Assembly (NCBI GenBank): GCA_003220225.1
Contig: QHRU01000064.1
Span: 5,966-69,965, forward strand
Origin: Candidatus Rokuibacteriota bacterium
GTDB lineage: Bacteria > Methylomirabilota > Methylomirabilia > Rokubacteriales > CSP1-6
Direction: 5' to 3'
DNA: 64,000 bases
The position numbers and the translations under genes were made by a program. Below are positions 54,425 through 64,000 of the stretch, in pieces; the stretch's first letter is position 1, and each line of letters begins with the position of its first letter. Below the pieces are notes generated by a model, which saw only the letters and a program-made list of their open reading frames with translations, was not told where the DNA came from and searched no databases.

Positions 54425-55221
54425 CGCCCGCGCTCCTGCGCCTTCACCGCTTCCCACGAGCGCTCGAGCTCTGCCTGCGACACGCTCCCCACGCTCTTGC
54501 CCCGCGCGCTCAGATCGTCCTCCATGCCGGTGAACCGCCGCCGGAACTTCTCGATCGCGCCCTGCAGCGCCTCCTCCGCGTCGATCGAGGCCAGGCGCGC
54601 GACGTTCACGAGGGAAAACAGCACGTCGCCCAGCTCGTCCTGCAGCCGGGCGCGGTCGTCGGCGGCGAGCGCGTCCGCGGCCTCGCGGCACTCCTCCTCG
54701 ACCTTCGACCACGCCGCGCGCGCGTCGGGCCAGTCGAAGTTCACCCGCGCGGCTTTCGACGTGATGCGCTGCGCGCGCAGCAGCGAGGGCAGCGCGCGCG
54801 GCACGCCGTCGATGACGGAGCGTCGGCGCCCCGCCTCGTGGGCCTCGCGCTGCTTGATCGCCTCCCACTGCGCGAGCGCCTCGCCCGGAGTGCCCAGCGT
54901 GGTCTCTCCGAAGACGTGCGGATGGCGGCTGATCATCTTGTCGACGAGGCGCGCGAGCAGCGCCGCCATGTCGAACTCGCCGCGCTCGGCCGCGATCTGA
55001 GCGTGGAAGACGACCTGCAAGAGCAGGTCGCCGAGCTCTTCCCGAAGCGCCTCGGCCTCGCCGGACTCGATGGCCTCGAGCACCTCGTAGGTTTCCTCGA
55101 CGAGGAAGGGTTTCAGGGAGGCTCGGGTCTGCTCGCGGTCCCACGGGCACCCGCCCGGTTCGCGCAGCCGCCGCATGATCTCGAGGAGCCGTTCGAACTG
55201 AGCGCCGGGGGACTGGGTCAT
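54421..55221 (-). CDS. mazG: Nucleoside triphosphate pyrophosphohydrolase MazG (tandem MazG domains)
   Basis: ...LLEIMRRLREPGGCPWDREQT...LVEETYEVLEAI...EELGDLLLQVVFHAQ... and a second ...EELGDVLFSLVNVAR... repeat. Confidence 0.92.
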   Translation of the reverse strand: MTQSPGAQFERLLEIMRRLREPGGCPWDREQTRASLKPFLVEETYEVLEAIESGEAEALREELGDLLLQVVFHAQIAAERGEFDMAALLARLVDKMISRHPHVFGETTLGTPGEALAQWEAIKQREAHEAGRRRSVIDGVPRALPSLLRAQRITSKAARVNFDWPDARAAWSKVEEECREAADALAADDRARLQDELGDVLFSLVNVARLASIDAEEALQGAIEKFRRRFTGMEDDLSARGKSVGSVSQAELERSWEAVKAQERGR

Positions 55222-55283
55222 GATCGGTTCCTGAGGCTAAGCGATTATACAGCAGGGGTTTGCGCGTGTGCTAGGCTCGCCCA

Positions 55284-55676
55284 ATGGCGGAGCCACCGGA
55301 CGAAGGATTCAGGGTGACGGACCGCCGGCGCCGGGACACGATCGAAGCGCCTGGGGCCTCCAGCGCGCCCTCCCCTCCGCGTCCGGCGGCGACGTTCTCC
55401 CCCGAGGGTCTTCACGACGCGCCCGACCCGCGCAACCTCGTCGGCCTCTTCGTGATGCTGGCCACCGAGGCGGTGATCGCGCTCGGCGAGGCACCCGATC
55501 CGGTGACCGGACAACGCCAGCGCGAGCTCCCGCACGCCGCGGGGCTCATCGATCTGCTGACGTTGCTGCGCGAGAAGACCGAGGGCAACCGCTCCGCCGA
55601 GGAGACGCAGAGCCTCGACGAGCTGATCTACGACCTGCAGCTCAGATACGTGAAGGCGACGAAGTCACCTGGATGA
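55284..55676 (+). CDS. DUF1844 domain-containing protein
   Basis: ...LVGLFVMLATEAVIALGEAPDPVTGQRQRELPHAAGLIDLLTLLREKTEGNRSAEETQSLDELIYDLQLRYV matches my recollection of the DUF1844 consensus. Confidence 0.75.
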   Translation: MAEPPDEGFRVTDRRRRDTIEAPGASSAPSPPRPAATFSPEGLHDAPDPRNLVGLFVMLATEAVIALGEAPDPVTGQRQRELPHAAGLIDLLTLLREKTEGNRSAEETQSLDELIYDLQLRYVKATKSPG

Positions 55677-56289
55677 TCACGCGTCCGCGCTCGATCCGCA
55701 CCGCCTGCACGTGAGGCGGTAGTGTGACACGCATCAGTCGCAGGCTCGACGGATCCAGCATGAGGCGGAGGACGAGCGCCGGCACGCGCTGACGTCCGAT
55801 CACGACGCGCCGCGCGTCGAGGCGCAGCGCGCGCCGTGGCTCGGTCGAGATTCGCCCGCGCGCGCCGACGGTCAGCCAGATGGGCCGCGCCAGCCATCCC
55901 GCCGGCAAGGCCTCCGCGAACGCCGCGAGCGGCGACTCGTTCAGGAGGCGGCCGAGCGATACGGTGCCCACGATGTTGACGAGGTCGTCGCCGCGCAGCC
56001 GGATCGCTGGCTCGCGAAGCGGGAGGTCGGCGGGATCGAGGTGCCGCGAGGCGAACGCGTTGATCTCGGCCTCGCTGAGCACGACGGAGCCGGCGCGCGT
56101 GCTGCGCCGCACGAGACCGACGATCTTCTGCTGAGCGCGGACGCCGTCCTCGGGGGAGAACGGTACGGGCTCGACGATCGGCGCCTGGAGCAAGCGAATG
56201 ACCACCCACCCCCCGGCGGCGGCCACCAGAACGACCGCCAAGAATCCTACGACCGTCGAGAGGCACCCCCCCAGACGCACGGCTCGAAC
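55642..56289 (-). CDS. Hypothetical membrane-anchored protein
   Basis: One N-terminal TM ([23 protein letters not shown]), then a soluble domain of unknown family. The start is uncertain: GTG 56289 chosen because ORF-track start 56367 would run into the hsp20 promoter. 35-nt convergent overlap with the DUF1844 gene. Confidence 0.5.
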   Translation of the reverse strand, partial: VRAVRLGGCLSTVVGFLAVVLVAAAGGWVVIRLLQAPIVEPVPFSPEDGVRAQQKIVGLVRRSTRAGSVVLSEAEINAFASRHLDPADLPLREPAIRLRGDDLVNIVGTVSLGRLLNESPLAAFAEALPAGWLARPIWLTVGARGRISTEPRRALRLDARRVVIGRQRVPALVLRLMLDPSSLRLMRVTLPPHVQAVRIERGRVIIQVTSSPSRI

Positions 56290-56352
56290 AGTACCATCCC
56301 GTTTCCGTAAGTCTTTGGGATGTCTATGGTGACGGGGGTATCCCGGCATGAT

Positions 56353-56381
56353 TTGACAGGTCAACACTCACCTGATATAAG
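56353..56381 (+). promoter_or_regulatory. Near-consensus sigma-70 promoter upstream of hsp20, with -35 embedded in a palindrome
   Basis: TTGACA (56353-56358) - 17 nt - TATAAG (56376-56381). TTGACAGGTCAA is a 5+5 inverted repeat. Lies about 65 nt upstream of ATG 56446. Confidence 0.55.
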
Positions 56382-56445
56382 GACTACGTACTCAATGACA
56401 GCAGCCGGACGGAAGAGCCGGCGGAGAATCAAGGAGGGCCATTCG

Positions 56446-56913
56446 ATGGCGATGGAGCGTTGGCGTCCGTTCGGGCTTTCGACCATGGACCGGTGGGAGC
56501 CGTTCCGCGTTTCCGACATTCAGGCCGAGGTGAACCGCCTCTTCGATAACGTCCTCGGTCGTCCGGCGAGCCTGCCCGGGCATGTGTGGGTGCCGCCCGT
56601 GGACATGTACGCGACGAAGGACGATCTGGTCGTGACGCTGGAGTTGCCGGGGGTCAGTGAGAAGGACGTGACCGTGTCGAGCACGGGCGATCTGCTCACG
56701 GTCAAGGGCGAGCGCCGGTTCGAACACCGGGTGAAGGAGCAGGATCTCCTCCATGTCGAGCGGACGTACGGGAAGTTCGAGCGAGTGATCCAACTGCCGA
56801 TGGCGGTGCAGGCCGATCGCGTGAAGGCCACCTACCGTGACGGCGTGCTCGAGATCACGCTGCCGAAGGCGGAAGAGCTCAAGCCGAAGGAAATCAAGAT
56901 CGACGTCCTCTAA
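56446..56913 (+). CDS. Small heat-shock protein (Hsp20/alpha-crystallin family)
   Basis: ATG 56446 after AAGGAGGG. ...[43 protein letters not shown]...[14 protein letters not shown]...[14 protein letters not shown] is an alpha-crystallin domain. Confidence 0.93.
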   Translation: MAMERWRPFGLSTMDRWEPFRVSDIQAEVNRLFDNVLGRPASLPGHVWVPPVDMYATKDDLVVTLELPGVSEKDVTVSSTGDLLTVKGERRFEHRVKEQDLLHVERTYGKFERVIQLPMAVQADRVKATYRDGVLEITLPKAEELKPKEIKIDVL

Positions 56914-56916
56914 GAG

Positions 56917-57029
56917 ACTTCGGAGGGGGCCGCCTCACAGGCGCGCCTTCGGCGCGACGGCCCCCTCCGATGCCTCCCCCAGGATTGCGCCGGCAAAGCC
57001 GGCGGTCGAAAGAACGCGAGGAGAATTAC
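56917..57029 (+). repeat. Dispersed intergenic element family A, copy 2 (partner copy 6105-6210)
   Basis: ACTTCGGAGGGGGCC-[27-nt loop GCCTCACAGGCGCGCCTTCGGCGCGAC]-GGCCCCCTCCGATGCCTCCCCCAGGATTGCGCCGGCAAAGCCGGCGGTCGAA...CGCGAGGAGA. Stems at 56921-56931/56959-56969. Confidence 0.8.
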
Positions 57030-58967
<1,938 letters not shown>

Positions 58968-58970
58968 GGC

Positions 58971-59849
58971 ATGAGGCGCGACTACTACGCGGTGCTCGGC
59001 GTGGCCGCCACCGCTCCGCCGCGCGAGATCCGGCAGGCGTACCGCCGGCTCGCGCGGCAGTACTCGCCCGACGTCAATTTCTGGGACACGACCGCGCGCA
59101 CGCTGTTCGAGGAGATCGCCGAGGCCTACCGGATCCTGAGTGACGCGGACGCGCGCTCGATCTATGACCGCTTCGGCGCGCGACCCGACGCGCTCGCCGC
59201 CGCCCGCCGCGGCGAAGACGTCCACGTCGCGGTCGAGCTCGGCTTCTCCGACGTGGTGCGCGGCACGACCGTCGAGCTGGCGGTCGCCCGCTTCTCCCCG
59301 TGCGCCGTCTGCGACGCGCGCGGGCGCGCGGACGGGGACGTGTGCGACGCCTGCGTCGGCCGCGGCGTCCGGCGGGGGCTGGACCGCATCAGGGTCGCGA
59401 TTCCTGCCGGCGTCGACTCCGGCATGCAGGTTCGCGTGGCGGGCCAGGGGAGTGCCGGACCGTTCGGCGGACCGCGCGGCGATCTGCTCGTCAGCACGCG
59501 CGTGATCGAGCATCCGTTCTTCATCCGCAAAGGCGAAGGCATTCACTGCGAGCTGCCCATCAGCGTGTGGGAGGCGCTGCGCGGCGCCCGCATCCGGGTG
59601 CCGACGCCCCAGGGCGAGGCGGTGCTCGTCGTGCCGCCCGCGACGCAGGCCGGCCAGGTGTTCCGGCTGCGCGGCCAGGGCGTGCCGCGACCGGGCGACG
59701 ATGCGCCGGGCGATCTCTTCGTCACGGTGAGGGTCGACGTGCCGGGCGGGCTCGACGCACGCAGCGACGAGCTCGTGCGGGAGCTCGAGCGGCTGCTGCC
59801 GCTCACCGCGCGTGGGGACCTCGAGCGGTACCGCGGGGGGACGGCATGA
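58971..59849 (+). CDS. J-domain co-chaperone, atypical DnaJ/CbpA-like (no Gly/Phe region, a single CxxC...CxxC zinc centre)
   Basis: MRRDYYAVLGV...AYRRLARQYSPDVN has the HPD position occupied by SPD. ...CAVCDARGRADGDVCDACVGRG.... C-terminal substrate-binding beta domains (...GDLFVTVRVDVP...). Confidence 0.8.
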   Translation: MRRDYYAVLGVAATAPPREIRQAYRRLARQYSPDVNFWDTTARTLFEEIAEAYRILSDADARSIYDRFGARPDALAAARRGEDVHVAVELGFSDVVRGTTVELAVARFSPCAVCDARGRADGDVCDACVGRGVRRGLDRIRVAIPAGVDSGMQVRVAGQGSAGPFGGPRGDLLVSTRVIEHPFFIRKGEGIHCELPISVWEALRGARIRVPTPQGEAVLVVPPATQAGQVFRLRGQGVPRPGDDAPGDLFVTVRVDVPGGLDARSDELVRELERLLPLTARGDLERYRGGTA

Positions 59850-60238
59850 CGACCGACCGGGGCAAGCCGCTCTACATGATCGGCGTCGTCGCCGAGATGC
59901 TCAAGGTGCACCCGCAGACCCTGCGGTTCTACGAGAAGAAGGGGCTCGTGCGGCCCAGCCGCACGGAGGGGCAGACGCGCATGTACTCGGCGGAGGACGT
60001 CGAGGAGATCGCGCGCCTGCTCCGGCTCACGCGCGACCTCGGCGTGAATCTGGCCGGCGTGGAAATCATCCTAAAGATGAGACGCCGGATGCTCGATATG
60101 CAGAAGCAGATCGAAGACCTCGTCGCCTACGTCCGCGACAGCGGCGCGGGTGAGGCGCGCCCCGAGCGCGGTGGCGCGCCCCGCGAGGCGCTCGTGCGCG
60201 CGGCCTCGGGGCAGCTCGGCCCCGTCGATCTCTTCTGA
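59846..60238 (+). CDS. hspR: MerR-family heat-shock regulator, HspR-like
   Basis: ATGA overlap with the J-protein gene. ...PLYMIGVVAEMLKVHPQTLRFYEKKGLVRPSRTEGQTRMYSAEDVEEIARLLRLTRDLGVNLAGVEII is a MerR HTH. Position after dnaK-dnaJ matches known hspR operons. Confidence 0.8.
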   Translation: MTTDRGKPLYMIGVVAEMLKVHPQTLRFYEKKGLVRPSRTEGQTRMYSAEDVEEIARLLRLTRDLGVNLAGVEIILKMRRRMLDMQKQIEDLVAYVRDSGAGEARPERGGAPREALVRAASGQLGPVDLF

Positions 60239-60254
60239 GAAAGCTGGTTTCCCG

Positions 60255-62642
60255 ATGACAGACCTCAAGCGCGATGCCGATCGACCGATGCCGGACGTGG
60301 TGGGAATCCTCCCGCTCCGCGGTACGGTCCTCTTCCCGCAGGCGGTGGTGCCGCTCGGCGCCGGCCGCGCGTCCTCGGTCCGCCTGATCGAGGAGGCACT
60401 GCAGGGCGGCCGTCTCGTCGGCGCCGTGACCCAGAAGGACCCGGCCGACGACGCGCCGGGCGCGGACGGGCTGCACTCGATCGGCACCCTGACCGTGATC
60501 CACAAGGCGCTCAAGCAGCCCGACGGCACGCTGCGCCTCGTCGCGCAGGGCGTCGGACGCTTCCGCCTCCTCGAGATCATCCAGACCGAGCCCTATCTGA
60601 AGGCGCGGATCGAGGCCATCGAGGAGCGGGCGCCCGCCGAGGACGTCGAGCTGGAGGCGCTCGTGCGCAGCGTGACCTCGCTCTTTTCGAAGGTCGTCTC
60701 GCTGTCGCCGGCGCTGCCGGACGAGCTGGTCGGCGTGCTCGCGAACGTGGAGGGCGCCGGCGCGATCGCCGACATGGTGGCCGCCTCGTTCCCGAGCCTG
60801 CCCAGCGCGCTCAAGCAGGAGCTGCTCGAGACGGTGAACGTGCGCGAGCGGCTGACGAAGCTCGCGGCCGCCCTCGGCAAGGAGGCGGAGGTCCTCGAGC
60901 TCGGCAGCAAGATCCAGTCCGAGATCCAGTCGGAGATGACCAGGACGCAGCGCGACTACTACCTGCGCGAGCAGATGAAGGCCATCCAGAAGGAGCTCGG
61001 CGAGGGCGACGAGCGCACGCAGGAGATCGACGCGCTCCGCGCGAAGATCGAGGCGGCGGGCATGTCGGACGAGGCGAAGGCCGAGGCGCTGCGCGAGCTG
61101 GACCGGCTCGCCAAGATGCCACCGGCCGCCGCCGAGTACACGGTGGCCCGAACGTACATCGACTGGCTCGTGGCCATGCCCTGGCAGCAGGAGACGACCG
61201 ATGCCGTCGACATCGCGCCCGCGCGGGTGATCCTCGACGAGGACCACGAGGGGCTGGAGAAGGTCAAGGACCGCATCCTCGAGTACCTCGCGGTGAAGAA
61301 GATCCGCCCGAGCGGCAAGGACCCGATCCTCTGCTTCGTGGGCCCGCCCGGTGTCGGCAAGACGTCGCTGGGTAAGTCGATCGCGCGGACGCTCGGCCGC
61401 AAGTTCCACCGCATCTCGCTCGGCGGCATGCGTGACGAGGCGGAGATCCGCGGGCACCGGCGCACGTACATCGGCGCGCTGCCCGGCCAGATCGTGCAGG
61501 GACTGCGGCGCGCAGGCACGAAGAACCCCGTGCTCATGCTCGACGAGGTCGACAAGCTCGGCATGGACTTCCGCGGCGATCCTGCGTCGGCCCTGCTGGA
61601 GGTGCTCGACCCGGAGCAGAACGCGACGTTCCGGGACCACTATCTCGACGTGCCGTTCGACCTCTCGCGGGTGCTCTTCATCACCACCGCGAACGTGATG
61701 GACACGGTGCCGGCCCCGCTGCGCGACCGGATGGAGATCATCAACCTCGCCGGCTACACGGAGGAGGAGAAGGTCGCGATCGCGCAGCGGCACCTGGTGC
61801 CGAAGCAGGGGCGCGAGCACGGCCTGGACGCCGGCGCCGCCATCGTCTTCGAGCCGGAGGCGCTGCGGCTGCTGGCGCGCGGCTACACGCGCGAGGCCGG
61901 CGTGCGAAACCTCGAGCGCGAGATCGCGTCGTTGTGCCGGAAAGTGGCGCGGCGGCGCGCGGAGGGCAACGCCGAGCCCGTGCGCGTCACCCCGGACGTC
62001 GTCGTCTCGTTTCTCGGCGTGCCGCGCTTCGAGCTCGAGGAGGTCGAGCAGCGCACGCGCGTGCCGGGTGTCGTCACGGGCCTCGCCTGGACGCCGGCGG
62101 GCGGCGACGTGCTGTTCGTCGAGGCCACGCGGATGCGCGGGGCGCGCACGCTGACGCTGACCGGGCAGCTCGGCGACGTCATGAAGGAGTCCGTGCAGGC
62201 GGCGCTGTCGTGGGTGCGCTCGCACGCGGGCGAGCTCGGGATCGACCCGGAATTCTGGGAGCGCTCGGACGTGCACGTCCACGTGCCGGCGGGCGCGATT
62301 CCGAAGGACGGACCCTCGGCCGGCGTCACGATGGCCACGGCGCTCGTGTCGCTCCTCACCGGGCGACCCGTCCGCTCGGACCTCGCGATGACCGGCGAGA
62401 TCAGCCTGTCGGGCCGGGTCCTGCCCGTGGGCGGCATCAAGGAGAAGGTCCTGGCCGCGCACCGCGCCGGGCTCCGCACCGTGGTGCTGCCGCGGCGCAA
62501 CGAGAAGAACCTCCTCGAGGACGTTCCGGTGGTGGTGAGACAGAGTCTGACCGTTCATCTGGCTGACACGATCGGTGACGTCCTGACGGTGGCGCTCGAG
62601 CCCGTCCCGGTCGACCGGGGCGGGGTGTTCGCCGGGCGCTGA
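60255..62642 (+). CDS. lon: ATP-dependent Lon protease (LonA)
   Basis: ATG 60255, 16 nt after hspR. LON N-domain (...[17 protein letters not shown]...), AAA+ ([15 protein letters not shown], ...LMLDEVDK...) and protease (...[17 protein letters not shown]... with catalytic Ser, ...[14 protein letters not shown]... with Lys). Confidence 0.96.
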   Translation: MTDLKRDADRPMPDVVGILPLRGTVLFPQAVVPLGAGRASSVRLIEEALQGGRLVGAVTQKDPADDAPGADGLHSIGTLTVIHKALKQPDGTLRLVAQGVGRFRLLEIIQTEPYLKARIEAIEERAPAEDVELEALVRSVTSLFSKVVSLSPALPDELVGVLANVEGAGAIADMVAASFPSLPSALKQELLETVNVRERLTKLAAALGKEAEVLELGSKIQSEIQSEMTRTQRDYYLREQMKAIQKELGEGDERTQEIDALRAKIEAAGMSDEAKAEALRELDRLAKMPPAAAEYTVARTYIDWLVAMPWQQETTDAVDIAPARVILDEDHEGLEKVKDRILEYLAVKKIRPSGKDPILCFVGPPGVGKTSLGKSIARTLGRKFHRISLGGMRDEAEIRGHRRTYIGALPGQIVQGLRRAGTKNPVLMLDEVDKLGMDFRGDPASALLEVLDPEQNATFRDHYLDVPFDLSRVLFITTANVMDTVPAPLRDRMEIINLAGYTEEEKVAIAQRHLVPKQGREHGLDAGAAIVFEPEALRLLARGYTREAGVRNLEREIASLCRKVARRRAEGNAEPVRVTPDVVVSFLGVPRFELEEVEQRTRVPGVVTGLAWTPAGGDVLFVEATRMRGARTLTLTGQLGDVMKESVQAALSWVRSHAGELGIDPEFWERSDVHVHVPAGAIPKDGPSAGVTMATALVSLLTGRPVRSDLAMTGEISLSGRVLPVGGIKEKVLAAHRAGLRTVVLPRRNEKNLLEDVPVVVRQSLTVHLADTIGDVLTVALEPVPVDRGGVFAGR

Positions 62643-62661
62643 ACCACCGCCGTTCAGCGCC
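62635..62661 (+). terminator. 9-bp-stem hairpin spanning the lon stop codon (terminator candidate, no U-tract)
   Basis: GGCGCTGAA-CCACCGCCG-TTCAGCGCC. The lon TGA (62640-62642) lies inside the 5' arm. Confidence 0.35.
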
Positions 62662-62714
62662 GCTCTCGCTTGGCCGCGACAGCGCCAGGGCGATTCGGCT
62701 AAGATTGGGTCAAC

Positions 62715-63380
62715 GTGACTCGATCCCTTGGCCTGATTGCCCTCACGGCCGCCATCGTGGCGGCGGCCCCGGCCAGCGCCGAGATGTACAAGTTCAAGGC
62801 GCCGGACGGCAGCACCCATTTCACGAACGCGCCCGCCGATCCCAGGTATCAGCGGATGGGCTTCACCAGCGGCACCGAGGCCGGCTGGCTGCGGCTGCCG
62901 CAGGGAGACCCCGAGCCGTACGCGCGCGAGATCACCGAGGCGGCCAACCGATACGGCATTCCCGAGCGGCTCGTCACGGCCATGATCCGCGCGGAATCCG
63001 GGTTCAATCCGCGCGCCGTGTCGCGCAAGGGCGCCCAGGGGCTCATGCAGCTGATGCCGTCGACGGCGTCCGTCCTCGGCGTGCGCAACTCCTTCGATCC
63101 GCGCGAGAACATCGACGGCGGCGTCCGTCACCTGCGCGGCCTGCTCGACCGTTTCCCCGGCAACCTGCCGTTCGCGATCGCCGCCTACAACGCGGGCGAG
63201 AAGGCGGTGACCGCCTACGGCGGCATCCCGCCGTATCCCGAGACGCAGGACTACGTGGTGAGGGTGCTGCGCTTGTATGGCATCGAGGGCATCAGCACGC
63301 CGCAGACGCGCATCTACCAGACGATCTCGCGCGACGGCACGGTCACCTACACGAACATCCCGCCGCGCGGGCGGCCGTAG
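62715..63380 (+). CDS. Lytic transglycosylase (SLT domain) with N-terminal DUF4124-like segment
   Basis: Signal peptide ...AAIVAAAPASA. MYKFKAPDGSTHFTN is DUF4124-like. ...LVTAMIRAESGFNPRAVSRKGAQGLMQLMPSTA...AYNAGEKAV is the SLT catalytic Glu motif. Confidence 0.88.
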   Translation: MTRSLGLIALTAAIVAAAPASAEMYKFKAPDGSTHFTNAPADPRYQRMGFTSGTEAGWLRLPQGDPEPYAREITEAANRYGIPERLVTAMIRAESGFNPRAVSRKGAQGLMQLMPSTASVLGVRNSFDPRENIDGGVRHLRGLLDRFPGNLPFAIAAYNAGEKAVTAYGGIPPYPETQDYVVRVLRLYGIEGISTPQTRIYQTISRDGTVTYTNIPPRGRP

Positions 63381-63382
63381 TA

Positions 63383-63457
63383 ATGGGGGGCCTCGAAGGG
63401 CCCCCCAAACCCACCGAACGTTCGTCGCGCCCCGGCGGAGGCGTGGCGCTCCTCGAC
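63383..63457 (+). repeat. Dispersed intergenic element family B, copy 2 (partner copy 21644-21782)
   Basis: ATGGGGGGCC-TCGAAG-GGCCCCCCAAACCCACCGAACGTTCG...GCGCCCCGGCGGAGGCGTGGCGCTCCTCGACA. Begins 3 nt after the stop codon, the same placement as copy 1. Confidence 0.8.
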
Positions 63458-63464
63458 AATTCGC

Positions 63465-64000
63465 TCAGCGCAGGAGCTTGCTGATCTCCCGGAAGGCTTC
63501 GGTGTCCGAGCTGCCGAGGAGCTGGAAGACGACGGTCTCCGTCGAGGTGATCACGGCGCCCGCCTGACGCGCCTGCGCCAGGCCGAGATCCATGCTCGCC
63601 GCGCGCCGCGAGCAGACCGCGTCGGCCACGATCGAGACGCGGACACCGCGGCCGAGCAGGTCCAGCGCCGTGAGCAGCACGCACACGTGCGCCTCCACGC
63701 CGGTGAGGATCACCGGCGCCGCGTCGAGCTCGCGAAGCCGCTCGGCGAAGCCGGCGGCGCCGCACGCGGAGAACGCGGTCTTCTCGAGGGCGGGCGCGTC
63801 GTCCAGGAGCACGCGGAGCTCGGGCAGCGTGCGGCCCAATCCCTTGGGGTACTGCTCGGTGACGACGACGGGAGCGGCGAGGCGCCGCGCGGTCGCGAGC
63901 AGGATCTTCAGATTGCGGACCATCTCGTCACGCCGCTCGGCATCCATCGCGCCGAACAGGCGCTCCTGCACATCGGTGACGACGACGACGGGCTGTGCCA
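63465..64000 (-). CDS. Isochorismatase-family cysteine hydrolase (5' end outside window)
   Basis: The frame stays open to the window edge (...AQPVVVVTDVQERLF...). ...VVVTEQYPKGLG...ILTGVEAHVCVLLTALDL... has the nucleophile Cys in HVCV. Confidence 0.85.
   Translation of the reverse strand, partial: AQPVVVVTDVQERLFGAMDAERRDEMVRNLKILLATARRLAAPVVVTEQYPKGLGRTLPELRVLLDDAPALEKTAFSACGAAGFAERLRELDAAPVILTGVEAHVCVLLTALDLLGRGVRVSIVADAVCSRRAASMDLGLAQARQAGAVITSTETVVFQLLGSSDTEAFREISKLLR

Noticed and set aside
51128-55000. 1290-aa ORF on the plus strand, the longest in the window.
   Set aside because: It lies antisense to pilC, pilB, the macro-domain gene and mazG, all of which have clear family signatures. 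The translation is an R/D/G/H/L-rich repeat-like sequence with no recognisable domain.
55222-55283. The divergent strand switch (mazG minus, DUF1844 plus) as a possible replication origin.
   Set aside because: The gap is only 62 nt, with no DnaA-box-like TTATCCACA motifs or AT-rich unwinding element and no dnaA/dnaN nearby. It is just a divergent promoter region.

Overview
Very GC-rich bacterial chromosomal segment (about two-thirds to 70 % GC by eye, not computed). It is densely coding, with many 4-nt ATGA/GTGA start/stop overlaps, and reads as core genome rather than an accessory island. I saw no rRNA, tRNA, CRISPR array, transposase, integrase or recognisable defence genes.

Gene content in order:
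- 1-9.2 kb (+): 3' part of the spc ribosomal operon plus the alpha operon (rplE...rplO-secY-adk-map-infA-rpmJ-rpsM-rpsK-rpsD-rpoA-rplQ).
- 9.2-13.4 kb (+): phosphoesterase, secreted hypothetical, PqqC/TenA-like protein and Tat-amidohydrolase.
- 13.5-20.2 kb (-): dienelactone hydrolase, two CNNM/CorC paralogues, thiL, trpG, trpE, trxA.
- 20.3-22.9 kb (+): an orphan sigma-54 response regulator, then a repeat-rich intergenic region, a sigma-54 promoter and a hypothetical gene.
- 22.7-29.1 kb (-): liv ABC transporter operon with MaoC, MOSC and a GNAT remnant at its tail.
- 29.2-36.9 kb (-): thiE, accC, two genes inserted between accC and accB, accB, efp, a TPR protein, aroB, aroC.
- 36.9-53.9 kb (-): a complete type IV pilus super-cluster (pilB-pilC-pilS-pilR-pilA-pilA-GT-C/TPR-pilD-three minor pilins-pilMNOPQ).
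- 53.9-56.3 kb: macro domain protein and mazG (-), DUF1844 (+), a membrane hypothetical (-).
- 56.4-62.6 kb (+): heat-shock operon hsp20-dnaK-dnaJ-like-hspR-lon.
- 62.7-64.0 kb: an SLT transglycosylase (+) and a partial isochorismatase-family gene (-).

Observations most worth a second look:
- two dispersed structured intergenic repeat families
- a sigma-54 regulator / tandem-repeat / promoter / FIST-like module
- accB and accC split by a gluzincin-TPR gene and a small secreted protein gene
- tandem near-identical pilins followed by a TMTC-like GT-C glycosyltransferase
- a minor pilin and trpE that both lack a canonical start codon at the expected position
- an hspR operon without grpE and with lon fused to it

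I found no compelling new multi-gene system. All functional calls come from reading the translations by eye; no database search was run.
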